From IMG/VR virus record IMGVR_UViG_3300028591_000119, positions 58,279-122,278 of that record: a stretch of 64,000 bases of DNA. One strand, 5' to 3'. The DNA is from a virus. Taxonomy: Duplodnaviria > Caudoviricetes. Below are positions 40,541 to 50,723 of this stretch, in pieces. Below the pieces are notes generated by a model. That model was not told the DNA's origin. It did not search any database and saw only the letters and a program-made list of their open reading frames with translations. A program made the position numbers and the translations under genes. The stretch's first letter is position 1. Each line of letters opens with the position of its first letter.

Positions 40541-41314
40541 TTATTTCATCTTATACGTTCTGTTCTCTATTACATCCTGGATATCTTTAGATATATTTTC
40601 TAAAAAGTCATACCCAGTGATATCTTCTATATATCTAATATTCACGATATAAAATTCCCAATCTTTTTCACTACAATTACTATTATTAGGAATCCAAACA
40701 GATATTGTTTCAGTATTTTTATCGATTCTGCTAAAATCATCATCTCCTTCTTCTAAGATTATAACTACTTTCCAGCAGTATTCAGGAATACTGATATTTT
40801 TACTTGACATTACACCAATTTCGCCATATACACCAGCATAAATATACGTTTCATAATTATCATCTTTAACTATTTTTCTACAAAATTCTTCAAAATTTTT
40901 CCAAACACCACGATTACATTCTGGCGTCTGTGGTACAATGTTAGTAGTTATAAATGTTTCTTTTCCATTCTCATAAGCATTTCTGTCTGCATTAGGACAA
41001 AGATGACCTCTATCATAACCACTATTGATATAATCTTTATGCTGAACTTTTACCCAATTCTCAGGCAATTTATTATCTGTAATGAATATTCCTGAATGTC
41101 TACCTGAAGATAGATCTGTTTTATCAACGTGCCAGCCAACCCAATTAGGTACCAATAACGAATTATTATAAGATATATAAAACGTATCATGTTTTACAAG
41201 ATAATTACATTCATCATTTCCGGCATTGCTGGGATTACTTATTTCTAATACATCGTTCGCAAATAAATTAAATATCAAATTTAATGCAATCAAAAAAAAT
41301 ATTTTTCTTTTCAA
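40541..41314 (-). CDS. Secreted DNA/RNA non-specific endonuclease (NucA/EndoG, His-Me finger)
   Basis: Signal peptide MKRKIFFLIALNLIFNLFA; PNWV, GYDRGHLCP, TF..TNIVPQ, NRG.W..FE, IPEYCWKV and IE.ITGYDF. Confidence 0.93.
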   Translation of the reverse strand: MKRKIFFLIALNLIFNLFANDVLEISNPSNAGNDECNYLVKHDTFYISYNNSLLVPNWVGWHVDKTDLSSGRHSGIFITDNKLPENWVKVQHKDYINSGYDRGHLCPNADRNAYENGKETFITTNIVPQTPECNRGVWKNFEEFCRKIVKDDNYETYIYAGVYGEIGVMSSKNISIPEYCWKVVIILEEGDDDFSRIDKNTETISVWIPNNSNCSEKDWEFYIVNIRYIEDITGYDFLENISKDIQDVIENRTYKMK

Positions 41315-41375
41315 TATATCACCTCGTAAAAATGTTATTTAAAAAAGAAACCTCCATATAGGAGGTTTCTTTTTA

Positions 41376-41999
41376 TCATTGAAAACGAGAATTAGACAAA
41401 TGATTAGATCTATCTAAATCATCTGTAGTCTGTTTATTATCCATATTATTCTCTTTAGTATCTTTTTTAAGTTTATTTGAGAATCTATCTAAAAATTCTT
41501 TTTCTTCATTAGTTAATTCTTTCTTATCTTTTAAATCTAATTCATGTAAACGCTGTTTTATAGCTCTATCATATTTTCTATATTTTTTCACAGAAAAATT
41601 GAGATGTATACTGTAAAAAAGAACAACTAATGCTTGGAAAGCATAATCCAATATTTGAAATGCTAACCATGAAAAAGCAGCAAAAAACAAAACAGGATAA
41701 AAAATAGTAAATTCGTGAAAAATGAAATTAAAAACACTTTTAAACCCGAAATAATTATATTCATTTTTCATTATATCATTTAACACTAATCCAAATATCA
41801 AGATGATAGGAATGAATTTACAAACAATATTTATCAATAGTGTAAAAAACGCGTCTATATATCTAAGAGGTAGAGGAGCACTAGCTTTTTCGATTCGTTT
41901 TTGATATTCTGTAGGTATCTCAACATTTTCACCTTTAGCATTTGCCCCGAACATTTCTTCAAACATTTCAGCATGTCTAGGATTAATTTTATTTTTCAT
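41376..41999 (-). CDS. Membrane protein (two TM regions)
   Basis: Two long hydrophobic stretches; GGAG SD. Confidence 0.7.
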   Translation of the reverse strand: MKNKINPRHAEMFEEMFGANAKGENVEIPTEYQKRIEKASAPLPLRYIDAFFTLLINIVCKFIPIILIFGLVLNDIMKNEYNYFGFKSVFNFIFHEFTIFYPVLFFAAFSWLAFQILDYAFQALVVLFYSIHLNFSVKKYRKYDRAIKQRLHELDLKDKKELTNEEKEFLDRFSNKLKKDTKENNMDNKQTTDDLDRSNHLSNSRFQ

Positions 42000-42054
42000 A
42001 TTTATTCTCCAAAAAAATACTTTTGTCCTTTTTTACAAGGACAAAAGTTTATTA

Positions 42055-42843
42055 TTAGAATGGTGCGTCTCCAAAATCAGAATCAGATTCGTAATCATTA
42101 TTATTTGCTGGAACGGAGTTCGATGGTGAACGATAATTAGAATCGGTGTATCTTCCTCCGTTATTATCATTATTCGTTTTAGCTGGAATACCGAGCTTAT
42201 ATCTGATTGCCCCAAAATTGCCCATCATAACACTTAGGACTTTTTCCTGTGTCATAAGAGAAGGATAATTATAAAGAACTGAGAAGAACTGACTAACGAA
42301 TGCATAGAATCTAGAATCATTTAAATCGATCTCTTCAGCTACTGGAACTTCTCCATCAAATTCACATTGACTCTTAAGATATACTGAACCAAGGCCGATC
42401 TTAAACTGATCTGCTCCAGTATTATAACAGATATATACTGTATTATTTCCAGAAGATTCAGATACTTCTGTTTTGATTTCGAAAACACCAATAGTTCTTA
42501 CTGTTTTCGATTCCTTTTCAGTAATCTGCAATGTATTCTTGAAACTACCTACTGGATAAGGAACATGTTGTTTAAAACAATTCTTTCTATAATCCATGAT
42601 TCCTTTAAGTACATTTCCAACAATACATGCACTTTCATAATCCATCTGAATATATGCTGTAACAGGGGGTTGTTCTTTATTACCTTTTAAACCTTTAGTA
42701 AAGTTTAAAGTTATTTTTTCACCGTATATACCGATTTTAACGCTCTGATATTCATTTCCAGAACTATCAGTAGACCAAAAAGTTGTCATAGGTACGCTCA
42801 AATTTGCATGTCCTCCATTTTTATTATTAAAATTCTCTGCCAT
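42055..42843 (-). CDS. Putative single-stranded DNA-binding protein
   Basis: beta-rich core, Asn/Gly/Ser linker and acidic tail DYESDSDFGDAPF resembling the SSB C-terminal tip. Confidence 0.55.
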   Translation of the reverse strand: MAENFNNKNGGHANLSVPMTTFWSTDSSGNEYQSVKIGIYGEKITLNFTKGLKGNKEQPPVTAYIQMDYESACIVGNVLKGIMDYRKNCFKQHVPYPVGSFKNTLQITEKESKTVRTIGVFEIKTEVSESSGNNTVYICYNTGADQFKIGLGSVYLKSQCEFDGEVPVAEEIDLNDSRFYAFVSQFFSVLYNYPSLMTQEKVLSVMMGNFGAIRYKLGIPAKTNNDNNGGRYTDSNYRSPSNSVPANNNDYESDSDFGDAPF

Positions 42844-42918
42844 TAAAGGCCTCCTTATTTTATATTTATAATCAATCTTAAGTTAATTTGTATTTATTTT
42901 TATAACACTAATTTTATT

Positions 42919-44208
42919 CTATTTTTTAATAATAGGTATTCGTATTTTATCTATATTTCTTACAATATTCATTCCAGTAGATGTGTGTGCTCCTTCTACC
43001 ACATAATCATGCAAAGCTTCCGTTTTCAGCATTCTCAATGTTTCAGACGATAATATTTTATCTCCAACAAATATAGTCATTTTACCTATCAATTCAAATG
43101 GTTTATCACATAAATAAACTCTTATAGTATAGTGCATTGACGGGTGAAGCATTGTTTCTTTAAGATCGTACGTGCTTTTATTACAAAGATCCGTGAAATT
43201 TCTAAGGATCATGAAAAGATTTTCATTAAATAATTTAGTCATCTTATCAACAGGAACGGTGACTTTTTTATATCCTGAATCCTCTAACCCAGAAATAGGA
43301 TCATAACAATATATTAATTCAAGACCATCCATAAGATAACAAATCGATATTCTCATAAAATCTACTAATATATTTCTTAGAGACATTCGCATACCTATAG
43401 CCAAACTTAAATCATCTATAACAGCATCATTTATACTTGTCTGTTCATAATTCATAAGTTTAGCACGTAAATCTGCTGATCTTTTATTTTCATACATGTC
43501 TTCCAATTCAGGAGAAACATCTATTTCTTTAATAGATAAATTCAATAACGATAACATATCTTTTCCTAGATATTTATCTTTCATCTCTAAACATCTAGAA
43601 TAATCACCCATTTTATAAATGTGTGCTTCAGGATGTAAAGGATCGGTTATATCAAAATATTTAGAATCGTCATCTAAATTATTATTTTTTGCACGTTCAA
43701 ATAAATTATTATCAATAACATCCTTAAATTCTTGTTCTATTGCGACATTTGCTTTATCCATGTATTCAACATCATTGATTGTTCTTGTCCCATGTTTATA
43801 AAATCTAACTTTCATACTCCTAGTCGCATACATATATCTAATTGGAGAATCTAATACACCACACGAATATGAAATATTTGGAAATAGATATAATGATTTA
43901 AATCGTTCCAATAAATTATCTTTATTTTTAGACATTCTACTAATACCATTAAAATGATGAACTATTTTACAATATATCATGTCTTCTGAATTACTTATTC
44001 GTTTCAATATTTCTGATATAAGTATAACGTCATATAAATCGTTTAAATTATTAGTGTCATACGAACTACTTATTTTCTTAAGATATATTTCGTTTCTAAT
44101 ATCTTTAACTGATCCCATAGTCGTATTGAAATGAAGAACGTTATAATCTGTTTTGATATCTTCATTATTTATATTCCAATCAATTATTTTTTTAGGTATA
44201 ATCAGCAT
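42919..44208 (-). CDS. Hypothetical protein
   Basis: ATG 44208 with GAGG SD; TATATTAT at 44230-44237. Confidence 0.65.
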   Translation of the reverse strand: MLIIPKKIIDWNINNEDIKTDYNVLHFNTTMGSVKDIRNEIYLKKISSSYDTNNLNDLYDVILISEILKRISNSEDMIYCKIVHHFNGISRMSKNKDNLLERFKSLYLFPNISYSCGVLDSPIRYMYATRSMKVRFYKHGTRTINDVEYMDKANVAIEQEFKDVIDNNLFERAKNNNLDDDSKYFDITDPLHPEAHIYKMGDYSRCLEMKDKYLGKDMLSLLNLSIKEIDVSPELEDMYENKRSADLRAKLMNYEQTSINDAVIDDLSLAIGMRMSLRNILVDFMRISICYLMDGLELIYCYDPISGLEDSGYKKVTVPVDKMTKLFNENLFMILRNFTDLCNKSTYDLKETMLHPSMHYTIRVYLCDKPFELIGKMTIFVGDKILSSETLRMLKTEALHDYVVEGAHTSTGMNIVRNIDKIRIPIIKK

Positions 44209-44323
44209 ATAAATCCTCGCTACAAGTAAATAATATATTATCAAAATTATTTTTATAGAATTATAAAAAAAATAAAACCTCCCAAATTATGGGAGGTTTA
44301 TTAGTCATTTATTATAACCTTAG

Positions 44324-45394
44324 TTATTTATTAATCTTATCTTTAAGTTTAAATTTCTTTAAACTCTTAAGCATCTTATACATACCTACACCAACAACTA
44401 CTGTTCCACCTACAATGCCACAAATCATAAGTGTTTTCTTAATAGCAGTAGAATCGTCATCTGATTCCTGAGCAGCTTTAATACATGATTCGAGTCCTGT
44501 ACTAATTAATGCTGTTCCACCCATGAGCATAAATGTATTTACTAATGCCTGTTTATCTTTAGATGCCTGATTATTAACGTCTTCCAAATCAAGCTCATAC
44601 TGATCTTTAGTAGCAGCAACTGCTTTAGTCACAAGATACTTTGTTATTGTTCCGTATTTTTCAACAAATGTATCTGCACTTTCTTTTCCACTAAATACTA
44701 CTAATCCTGAATTATCTTGAATTAATGGTTCGCCTTTAACGACCTGATTCTTGTTAACAATTTTAATATCTGAAGATATAGTCACTTCATCTGTATCACC
44801 TTCATTCACACGAAGATTTCTAATCACATTATTTATAATAAACACGTGATTTACATCAAGAGTAGCTGGATCGAGATTATATTTCTTAAGATATTCGTCT
44901 CTCAAGTCATCACTCGCTGAAGGTAATCTTACAATCTGCCCATTAGACATAGTATAATAGTGTTCATCCGCATTCAATGCTGTAACAGCTGTGTAAGATG
45001 CATTAATCAACGCTGCCATTCCTGACGCAAACGCTTTCATCATCTTGGATACTGAACCGCCAAATGATTTGATTCTTTCTTCACGTTCTTCGAACGAATT
45101 AAAGAGAACACAATTCAGCTCTTCAATATAAGCAGGATATTTTTCAACAGGTGCTTTATACCATTTATTCTGTAGAGTATTTATAACATTATTTTCAATA
45201 TCAAAACAAGTTATCTGAATTCCCCCACAAGATGCTCCAGGCATAGTGGCTCCTAAACCTACCATATTCGATTCAGGATGCAGAACAAACAATGTACCAT
45301 TCACAGTGACACCATAGTACGGATTGGTTGTATAATTTTTCATATAAGTGGCGAAATTTCCACTCATAGAATTTAACCAGTTCATAGTATTCAT
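44324..45394 (-). CDS. Hypothetical protein with C-terminal TM segments
   Basis: ATG 45394 with GGAGG SD; TFMLMGGTALISTGL and ICGIVGGTVVVGVGMY. Confidence 0.7.
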   Translation of the reverse strand: MNTMNWLNSMSGNFATYMKNYTTNPYYGVTVNGTLFVLHPESNMVGLGATMPGASCGGIQITCFDIENNVINTLQNKWYKAPVEKYPAYIEELNCVLFNSFEEREERIKSFGGSVSKMMKAFASGMAALINASYTAVTALNADEHYYTMSNGQIVRLPSASDDLRDEYLKKYNLDPATLDVNHVFIINNVIRNLRVNEGDTDEVTISSDIKIVNKNQVVKGEPLIQDNSGLVVFSGKESADTFVEKYGTITKYLVTKAVAATKDQYELDLEDVNNQASKDKQALVNTFMLMGGTALISTGLESCIKAAQESDDDSTAIKKTLMICGIVGGTVVVGVGMYKMLKSLKKFKLKDKINK

Positions 45395-45549
45395 TTTACT
45401 ATTTTTCCTCCTATACAATTTTTGTCTTTTAGTTTAGCTAATTCTTTAGCTTCATTAGATCTGATAATATCATTTACTACTCTGGAGGCATTAATATCAC
45501 ACGATCTTTTTCCAGAGCATTTTTCCGATTTAATTTTTTCTTTTTTCAT
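45391..45549 (-). CDS. 52-aa small ORF (MKKEKIKSEKCSGKRSCDIN...)
   Basis: GAAGG SD; ATGA overlap with the next gene; TATATTCT at 45572-45579. Confidence 0.5.
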   Translation of the reverse strand: MKKEKIKSEKCSGKRSCDINASRVVNDIIRSNEAKELAKLKDKNCIGGKIVK

Positions 45550-45642
45550 AAAACTAATTCCTTCTAGTTATAGAATATATATTTCAAAAAAGAATAAAAA
45601 ATGACCTTATCGAATATATGATAAGGTCATTAAAGGCGAGTA

Positions 45643-45978
45643 TTAATCAGGATTAGCAGATTTCAGATTTTCATCCGATGGACACTTTTTAAGTTTAGAA
45701 AATTTGACGTTTTTATTAATAACATCCAATGTTTCTGAAATAGAGCAGATGCTCAATATTGAAAGACCTACACCAAGACCACCAGTTACGATAGGTCCAA
45801 TTCCACCATAAGTGCTTTCGGAAGAACTTAATCTTTCAATACCAGACTTAATCGCTAATACACCAAATGCACCAGCAGCGGCACCAACAAAACCTGTCGT
45901 GATTCCGTATTTCAACGGATTCTTTTCTTTTTGTTTTTTAATTCCTGATTTGATATCTCCAACATTACTGATTATCAT
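45643..45978 (-). CDS. Small Gly-rich two-TM membrane protein
   Basis: AGGAGG SD; TATATTAT at 46002-46009. Confidence 0.7.
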   Translation of the reverse strand: MIISNVGDIKSGIKKQKEKNPLKYGITTGFVGAAAGAFGVLAIKSGIERLSSSESTYGGIGPIVTGGLGVGLSILSICSISETLDVINKNVKFSKLKKCPSDENLKSANPD

Positions 45979-46034
45979 AGTATCCTCCTTTAACCATACA
46001 CATAATATATAATCGGAAAAATGCTTTATTAAAA

Positions 46035-47939
46035 TTACATGGCAAGATCAAATGGAGTTATACCTACTTCAGATACAGGAGCATATCTTTCACGTTTATC
46101 ATAATCAAACGGAGTCATACCTGCGTTTTTATTTATAATATAATTCATCATCATTATATTATTACACATAGCAAAATAATTTTGTTGCAATTGTAATGTA
46201 ATATTATCTTGTTCGCTACTAAACATTGGTTTAACTGTAGTATTAACTTCTTTCTTTTCAGATGAAACAAAATTATTATTTTCAACAGACTTAGTATCGG
46301 TAGTTTGTATCTGCTGTAAACTAGCTAAACCTCTAATACCTACAGTCATACCTTGAGAACCATCTTCCATAGGCATAATAGAAGATCTACAAGTACATTT
46401 ATCTGTATTTAGGTCGTCTTCTATAAAGAATCCGTTATGGAGTTTAGTTACGAAATACGAATACTCTGAATCTGAGGATCTATATCGGGTTTTATCTCGT
46501 CTAACTTCAAGGTATTTTTCACCATCGTATTTAGATATTTCCGTATAAATAAATGCTGTAAAATGAGCACGTCTAAGAATATCATAAGAACCAGAAACAT
46601 GTTGTCTATCAAGGAACTTACATAAATCTATATTTCCTTTTTGTCTAGCATCAGCAATAGCTCTTGCTGCTTCACGGTTCAACTGGTGTGCCGAAATAAA
46701 TGGATATGGTTTATCTGATATCCACTTTTCAATACGTCTACTTCGATTCAACAACAATGTTGTTTCATCTGATACTCTTAATCTAATATCTTCTTCATCT
46801 GGAGACATCAAGTCGAAAGAATCGACTATAATACCTATTACAAAGAATCCGTCTTCCTCAACTCGTTTAATAACTTGTTTTAAAGACGACATATTAAATT
46901 TACAATCTCCAGCATTTATCTGAGTGACTTCAATAATAGTGTCTTTGAATTCATCTTGATACATCTGAAAAGCTGTTTCAAATGAATCACAATCATACAT
47001 GTTTTTCTTAGAAGCGATAGAAAAATCTCGGGAAATATCTTCTTTACTACCGTTCTCCAAAGATACAAATATTATAGTCGGTCTTTTACCAGTCCTCAAG
47101 TATTCTTCTTTAAACATGTTTGAGTTATATTTTTGAATCCAACGTTTTATATTTTCGAGAAGAGCAGATTTGAAGGTATTGGTATCTGCCATGAACAAAT
47201 CGAATGTTCCGCCTAAAAATCCACCTCTAGGAGATATCATTTTATCAAAGGCTTTCAAACCAACATGCAAACACATCTTTGGAGAGTTTTCATATTCATA
47301 AGCTTCTCTAAATTTTTCTTTAAATTCATCAGGTCTAGATGTGTGATAAATGCTTAGTTCATCTTCATTACTGTCGGTTTTACTAAATTCATTATTTAAA
47401 TCAGCAATTATATCTCTTAATTCACTAATAGCCTCATCTAGATTAGAAATGTTTCCACTTCCAATATCAGTAATAGCATCCGCCAATTCATCTTTTCTTA
47501 TAAGAATTGTTTCATATCGCAATAACTTATCACAAGTTTTTGTAACAAGTTTAGTTTCTCGTTCTGTTGCTTCAGTTGAACTTAAAATTACAGGAAATAT
47601 AATATTATCTTTAATATCTCCAAATTGATCTCCTAAATCGATATTAACATATTCAACCAAATCTTCTATTTCTACCGCACCTTCGAGTTTATTTCTCAAA
47701 ACACATTTAATCGATAGAATTAATGCGTACACTGTTTGATCTTTTTCGAATAAGTATAAAGGTGTAGCATTTACAAACGATTGTATATTTTGTAATCGTT
47801 TTACCTTTACGAATTCAGGATTTGAAACGACTTTTAACATCATTGATAAAAATCGTTCTGTTAATATAGTAGACCTAAAATCTAATCCTTTTCTTTTTTT
47901 AGGATAAGCTTTAGGCTCTGTCACGTCTCTAATTATCAT
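46035..47939 (-). CDS. dnaB: DnaB-like replicative helicase (phiKZ-type)
   Basis: Walker A variant ADTNTFKS, FVSLEN, IIVDSFDLM, SAHQLNR and RDKTR; GACA-N6-TG at 47962-47973. Confidence 0.85.
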   Translation of the reverse strand: MIIRDVTEPKAYPKKRKGLDFRSTILTERFLSMMLKVVSNPEFVKVKRLQNIQSFVNATPLYLFEKDQTVYALILSIKCVLRNKLEGAVEIEDLVEYVNIDLGDQFGDIKDNIIFPVILSSTEATERETKLVTKTCDKLLRYETILIRKDELADAITDIGSGNISNLDEAISELRDIIADLNNEFSKTDSNEDELSIYHTSRPDEFKEKFREAYEYENSPKMCLHVGLKAFDKMISPRGGFLGGTFDLFMADTNTFKSALLENIKRWIQKYNSNMFKEEYLRTGKRPTIIFVSLENGSKEDISRDFSIASKKNMYDCDSFETAFQMYQDEFKDTIIEVTQINAGDCKFNMSSLKQVIKRVEEDGFFVIGIIVDSFDLMSPDEEDIRLRVSDETTLLLNRSRRIEKWISDKPYPFISAHQLNREAARAIADARQKGNIDLCKFLDRQHVSGSYDILRRAHFTAFIYTEISKYDGEKYLEVRRDKTRYRSSDSEYSYFVTKLHNGFFIEDDLNTDKCTCRSSIMPMEDGSQGMTVGIRGLASLQQIQTTDTKSVENNNFVSSEKKEVNTTVKPMFSSEQDNITLQLQQNYFAMCNNIMMMNYIINKNAGMTPFDYDKRERYAPVSEVGITPFDLAM

Positions 47940-48027
47940 TATATTCCCTCACATTCAATAACACAATCATGTCATTGACAGGATAATAAATAATAGATAG
48001 CCTTAGATAAGGCTATCTATTATTTCA

Positions 48028-49128
48028 CTATATCTTAATAGTTTCAAATGAATATTTTCCACCGTTCTTTGGCAATTCTCCGAAGTCTTTACCTTCAGTA
48101 CTTAAATATAGTGTTATATCAAATGTAGATTGATATGGTTCAAGTATTCTTTGGAAATAATCAACAGAAAAAGTTTTATCATTATCACAATAAATATCCA
48201 ATTTTCCACCAACGTATCCAGATAACTCTATTAATCGTTGTATAGTTCTTGCACATCCTTTTCTAGATGAAGATCCCATTATTACACTAGTATTGTCTTC
48301 GCCATAGAAATAATTAGACACGTTAATTATATTAAAACATGATTCCGACACAGCTATAGTCGGTTGATATGTCAAAACGTCTAAACTTATCGGAGGAACA
48401 TAGAAAAACGGTCGTTTAATATTTTGATAAAGATGTATTATTTCAAATCGTTCAATTTCTGTAGGATTTATATTCAACGATAACAACGAATTTATTTTAG
48501 CAATTCGTCGCTTTTCATCAATCATATCATCAGGTCTTATATTTCTAAAGTTTATAGATGTTTTATCAGCTGACACAAATCCACATCCTAATTCGTCAAT
48601 CAACGGTATCAATTCGTTAGATACTCTAGGATGTTCTATTTTATTCATCTTTAAAAATTTTGAGAAATTTAAAACTACTTTATATTTTTTAATATTATCA
48701 TAATTGTTAAAATCTATTCCTAAACGTCTATATAAATAATCAACTTTATCTTTTTCTTTAGCAGTAGGCATCGGATATTTATAAACTAATCTAGTGGTAT
48801 CATCTTCTTCATTAAATGTCTTAACATAACCCGATGATAATGTGCTTTTAAGATATTCCTCTACCACCAAATCATGTACACCTAAACGTCGTAACAATGT
48901 AGGTGTAACTATTCCAGAACTAGAACAAAGTTTACAATCGTAAACTATCAATTCTTTACCATTTACTTCTTTTACCCCGATATACATATGTGTACTATCT
49001 TCATGAACCGAATCTCCACAAATTGCACATCTACACACTGCTAATTCGGTTGGGGTATTAACAGGTTTCGCTTTTGGTAAGAGCAAAAGATCCTGTTTTA
49101 ATCTATCTATATTTTCGTTATTATACAT
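48028..49128 (-). CDS. DNA primase (Zn-binding plus TOPRIM)
   Basis: CAICGDS...YDCKLC; ESCFN, YCDND and KDFG; next to the helicase; AACA-N6-TG at 49171-49182. Confidence 0.85.
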   Translation of the reverse strand: MYNNENIDRLKQDLLLLPKAKPVNTPTELAVCRCAICGDSVHEDSTHMYIGVKEVNGKELIVYDCKLCSSSGIVTPTLLRRLGVHDLVVEEYLKSTLSSGYVKTFNEEDDTTRLVYKYPMPTAKEKDKVDYLYRRLGIDFNNYDNIKKYKVVLNFSKFLKMNKIEHPRVSNELIPLIDELGCGFVSADKTSINFRNIRPDDMIDEKRRIAKINSLLSLNINPTEIERFEIIHLYQNIKRPFFYVPPISLDVLTYQPTIAVSESCFNIINVSNYFYGEDNTSVIMGSSSRKGCARTIQRLIELSGYVGGKLDIYCDNDKTFSVDYFQRILEPYQSTFDITLYLSTEGKDFGELPKNGGKYSFETIKI

Positions 49129-49274
49129 ATAACGTTATCTCCAATTTTATAAAAAGACTTTAATAAAAGTCATGGGTATGTTTCAACACATGTTAAATAT
49201 ATAAACGATATTTTTTTAATAATTTTACAAAAAAAAATAACTAGGCATTACGCCTAGTTATTAACGTCGATTGA

Positions 49275-49721
49275 TTACAAATTTTCTTTATCAATGGATG
49301 TGACTGATAATGTATCGCCTTCAAAATCATCTAAAATACTAAAACAAATATTTAATTTCTTATGAAGACCAATCTTATGATCAGTTATTTTAACTATTTC
49401 ATATTTCTTAAATTCTTCATAATATTTACCCATTCCTTCTTTTCTACTGAACATATGCAACATTCTGTAGTGGTGTTTTAATGCCTGTTTGGCATTTTTA
49501 TAATTCCAATAAATTCCTTCAGGATTAGGATCCCTAATGAATTTCTTTTCTTTGAATTTTTCTGATCTGGTTTTCGCCCATGGAAAAGCTTTCTTAAATT
49601 CTTCTTTTATAGATTCATTTGTTATAGTTAATTGCGAACCATCATCAATTTTCTTAATTATGTAACCATAATCTTTAACATCGACGTCTTTGGATTGAAA
49701 ATTCATTGTTTTAATTTCCAT
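49275..49721 (-). CDS. Hypothetical protein
   Basis: 148 aa, AGGAG SD, TATATTAT at 49743-49750. Confidence 0.7.
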   Translation of the reverse strand: MEIKTMNFQSKDVDVKDYGYIIKKIDDGSQLTITNESIKEEFKKAFPWAKTRSEKFKEKKFIRDPNPEGIYWNYKNAKQALKHHYRMLHMFSRKEGMGKYYEEFKKYEIVKITDHKIGLHKKLNICFSILDDFEGDTLSVTSIDKENL

Positions 49722-49811
49722 ATTTAATCTCCTTTCATCATTATAATATATAAAGACTTTTTATTTTTTATAAAAAAACAATACGGAGACCCAATGGTCT
49801 CCGTATTTAAA

Positions 49812-50708
49812 CTATTCTTCAGTAGACACTAAGTTATATATTTGGTTATATACTTGTTCGGCAGTATAATTACCTGATAACCCTTGAACACCATCAAATG
49901 CTGCAGGATGTCGTATCATAATATCCGCTATAGTATCTATTATGTATTGTTTTATCAATTTCAAACGATTACTTTGTTCTACATTTGATAAAACTATTTT
50001 ATTAGATTCATCTATACTAGCTGTTAAATCTGAATATCGTTTTTCATATTTAGATTTCGAATTTTCCATATCAATGGTTGATTCATATAAACGTCTTTCA
50101 GCTGATTCAATATTACTTTTTCTTTGAATATCTGAATTTTGTAAATCAATATACTTTTTCTTTTTTTCAGAAGTATACTTATCATATTCAGATTGTGTCA
50201 TTAAAACTTCAATAGACGTTGATATGATAGAAAGATTATCTATTACAAATTCAGAAGTTTGTCTCAACGCATTTTTAATAATAGTTTTAGATTCTTTTTC
50301 AAAATTATTCAATTTCATCAAATTATCATGAATTCTAGGATTAGATGAAAAATTATATTGTGTTCTATACCCTTTAATGTATGAATAACTTTTATTATAT
50401 TTTATCAAAGAAGATGGAATATATACGATCACCTCATCATCAGATATAGATGTTTCTATAGGATCAGTTGAAATCAATTTAGTAGCAATAAAAACTAATG
50501 TAGATTTATCAATATATTTATTATACACTTCATTATCAAAACCATATTGTTCAAAATATAATTTAAACAACGTTTTAGATTCATCTATAGAAGCAATTAC
50601 ATCTGGGGAAGCATATCCAGTTATTTTATATGAACCGTTTAAATTTCCCCATTCATCTAAAAATTCAAAATGATAATATTCATCAATTTTTACATCGGTT
50701 TGAGTCAT
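49812..50708 (-). CDS. Putative tail/virion protein with coiled coil
   Basis: 298 aa in a late-type operon. Confidence 0.55.
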   Translation of the reverse strand: MTQTDVKIDEYYHFEFLDEWGNLNGSYKITGYASPDVIASIDESKTLFKLYFEQYGFDNEVYNKYIDKSTLVFIATKLISTDPIETSISDDEVIVYIPSSLIKYNKSYSYIKGYRTQYNFSSNPRIHDNLMKLNNFEKESKTIIKNALRQTSEFVIDNLSIISTSIEVLMTQSEYDKYTSEKKKKYIDLQNSDIQRKSNIESAERRLYESTIDMENSKSKYEKRYSDLTASIDESNKIVLSNVEQSNRLKLIKQYIIDTIADIMIRHPAAFDGVQGLSGNYTAEQVYNQIYNLVSTEE

Positions 50709-50723
50709 TTAACAACTCCTAGA

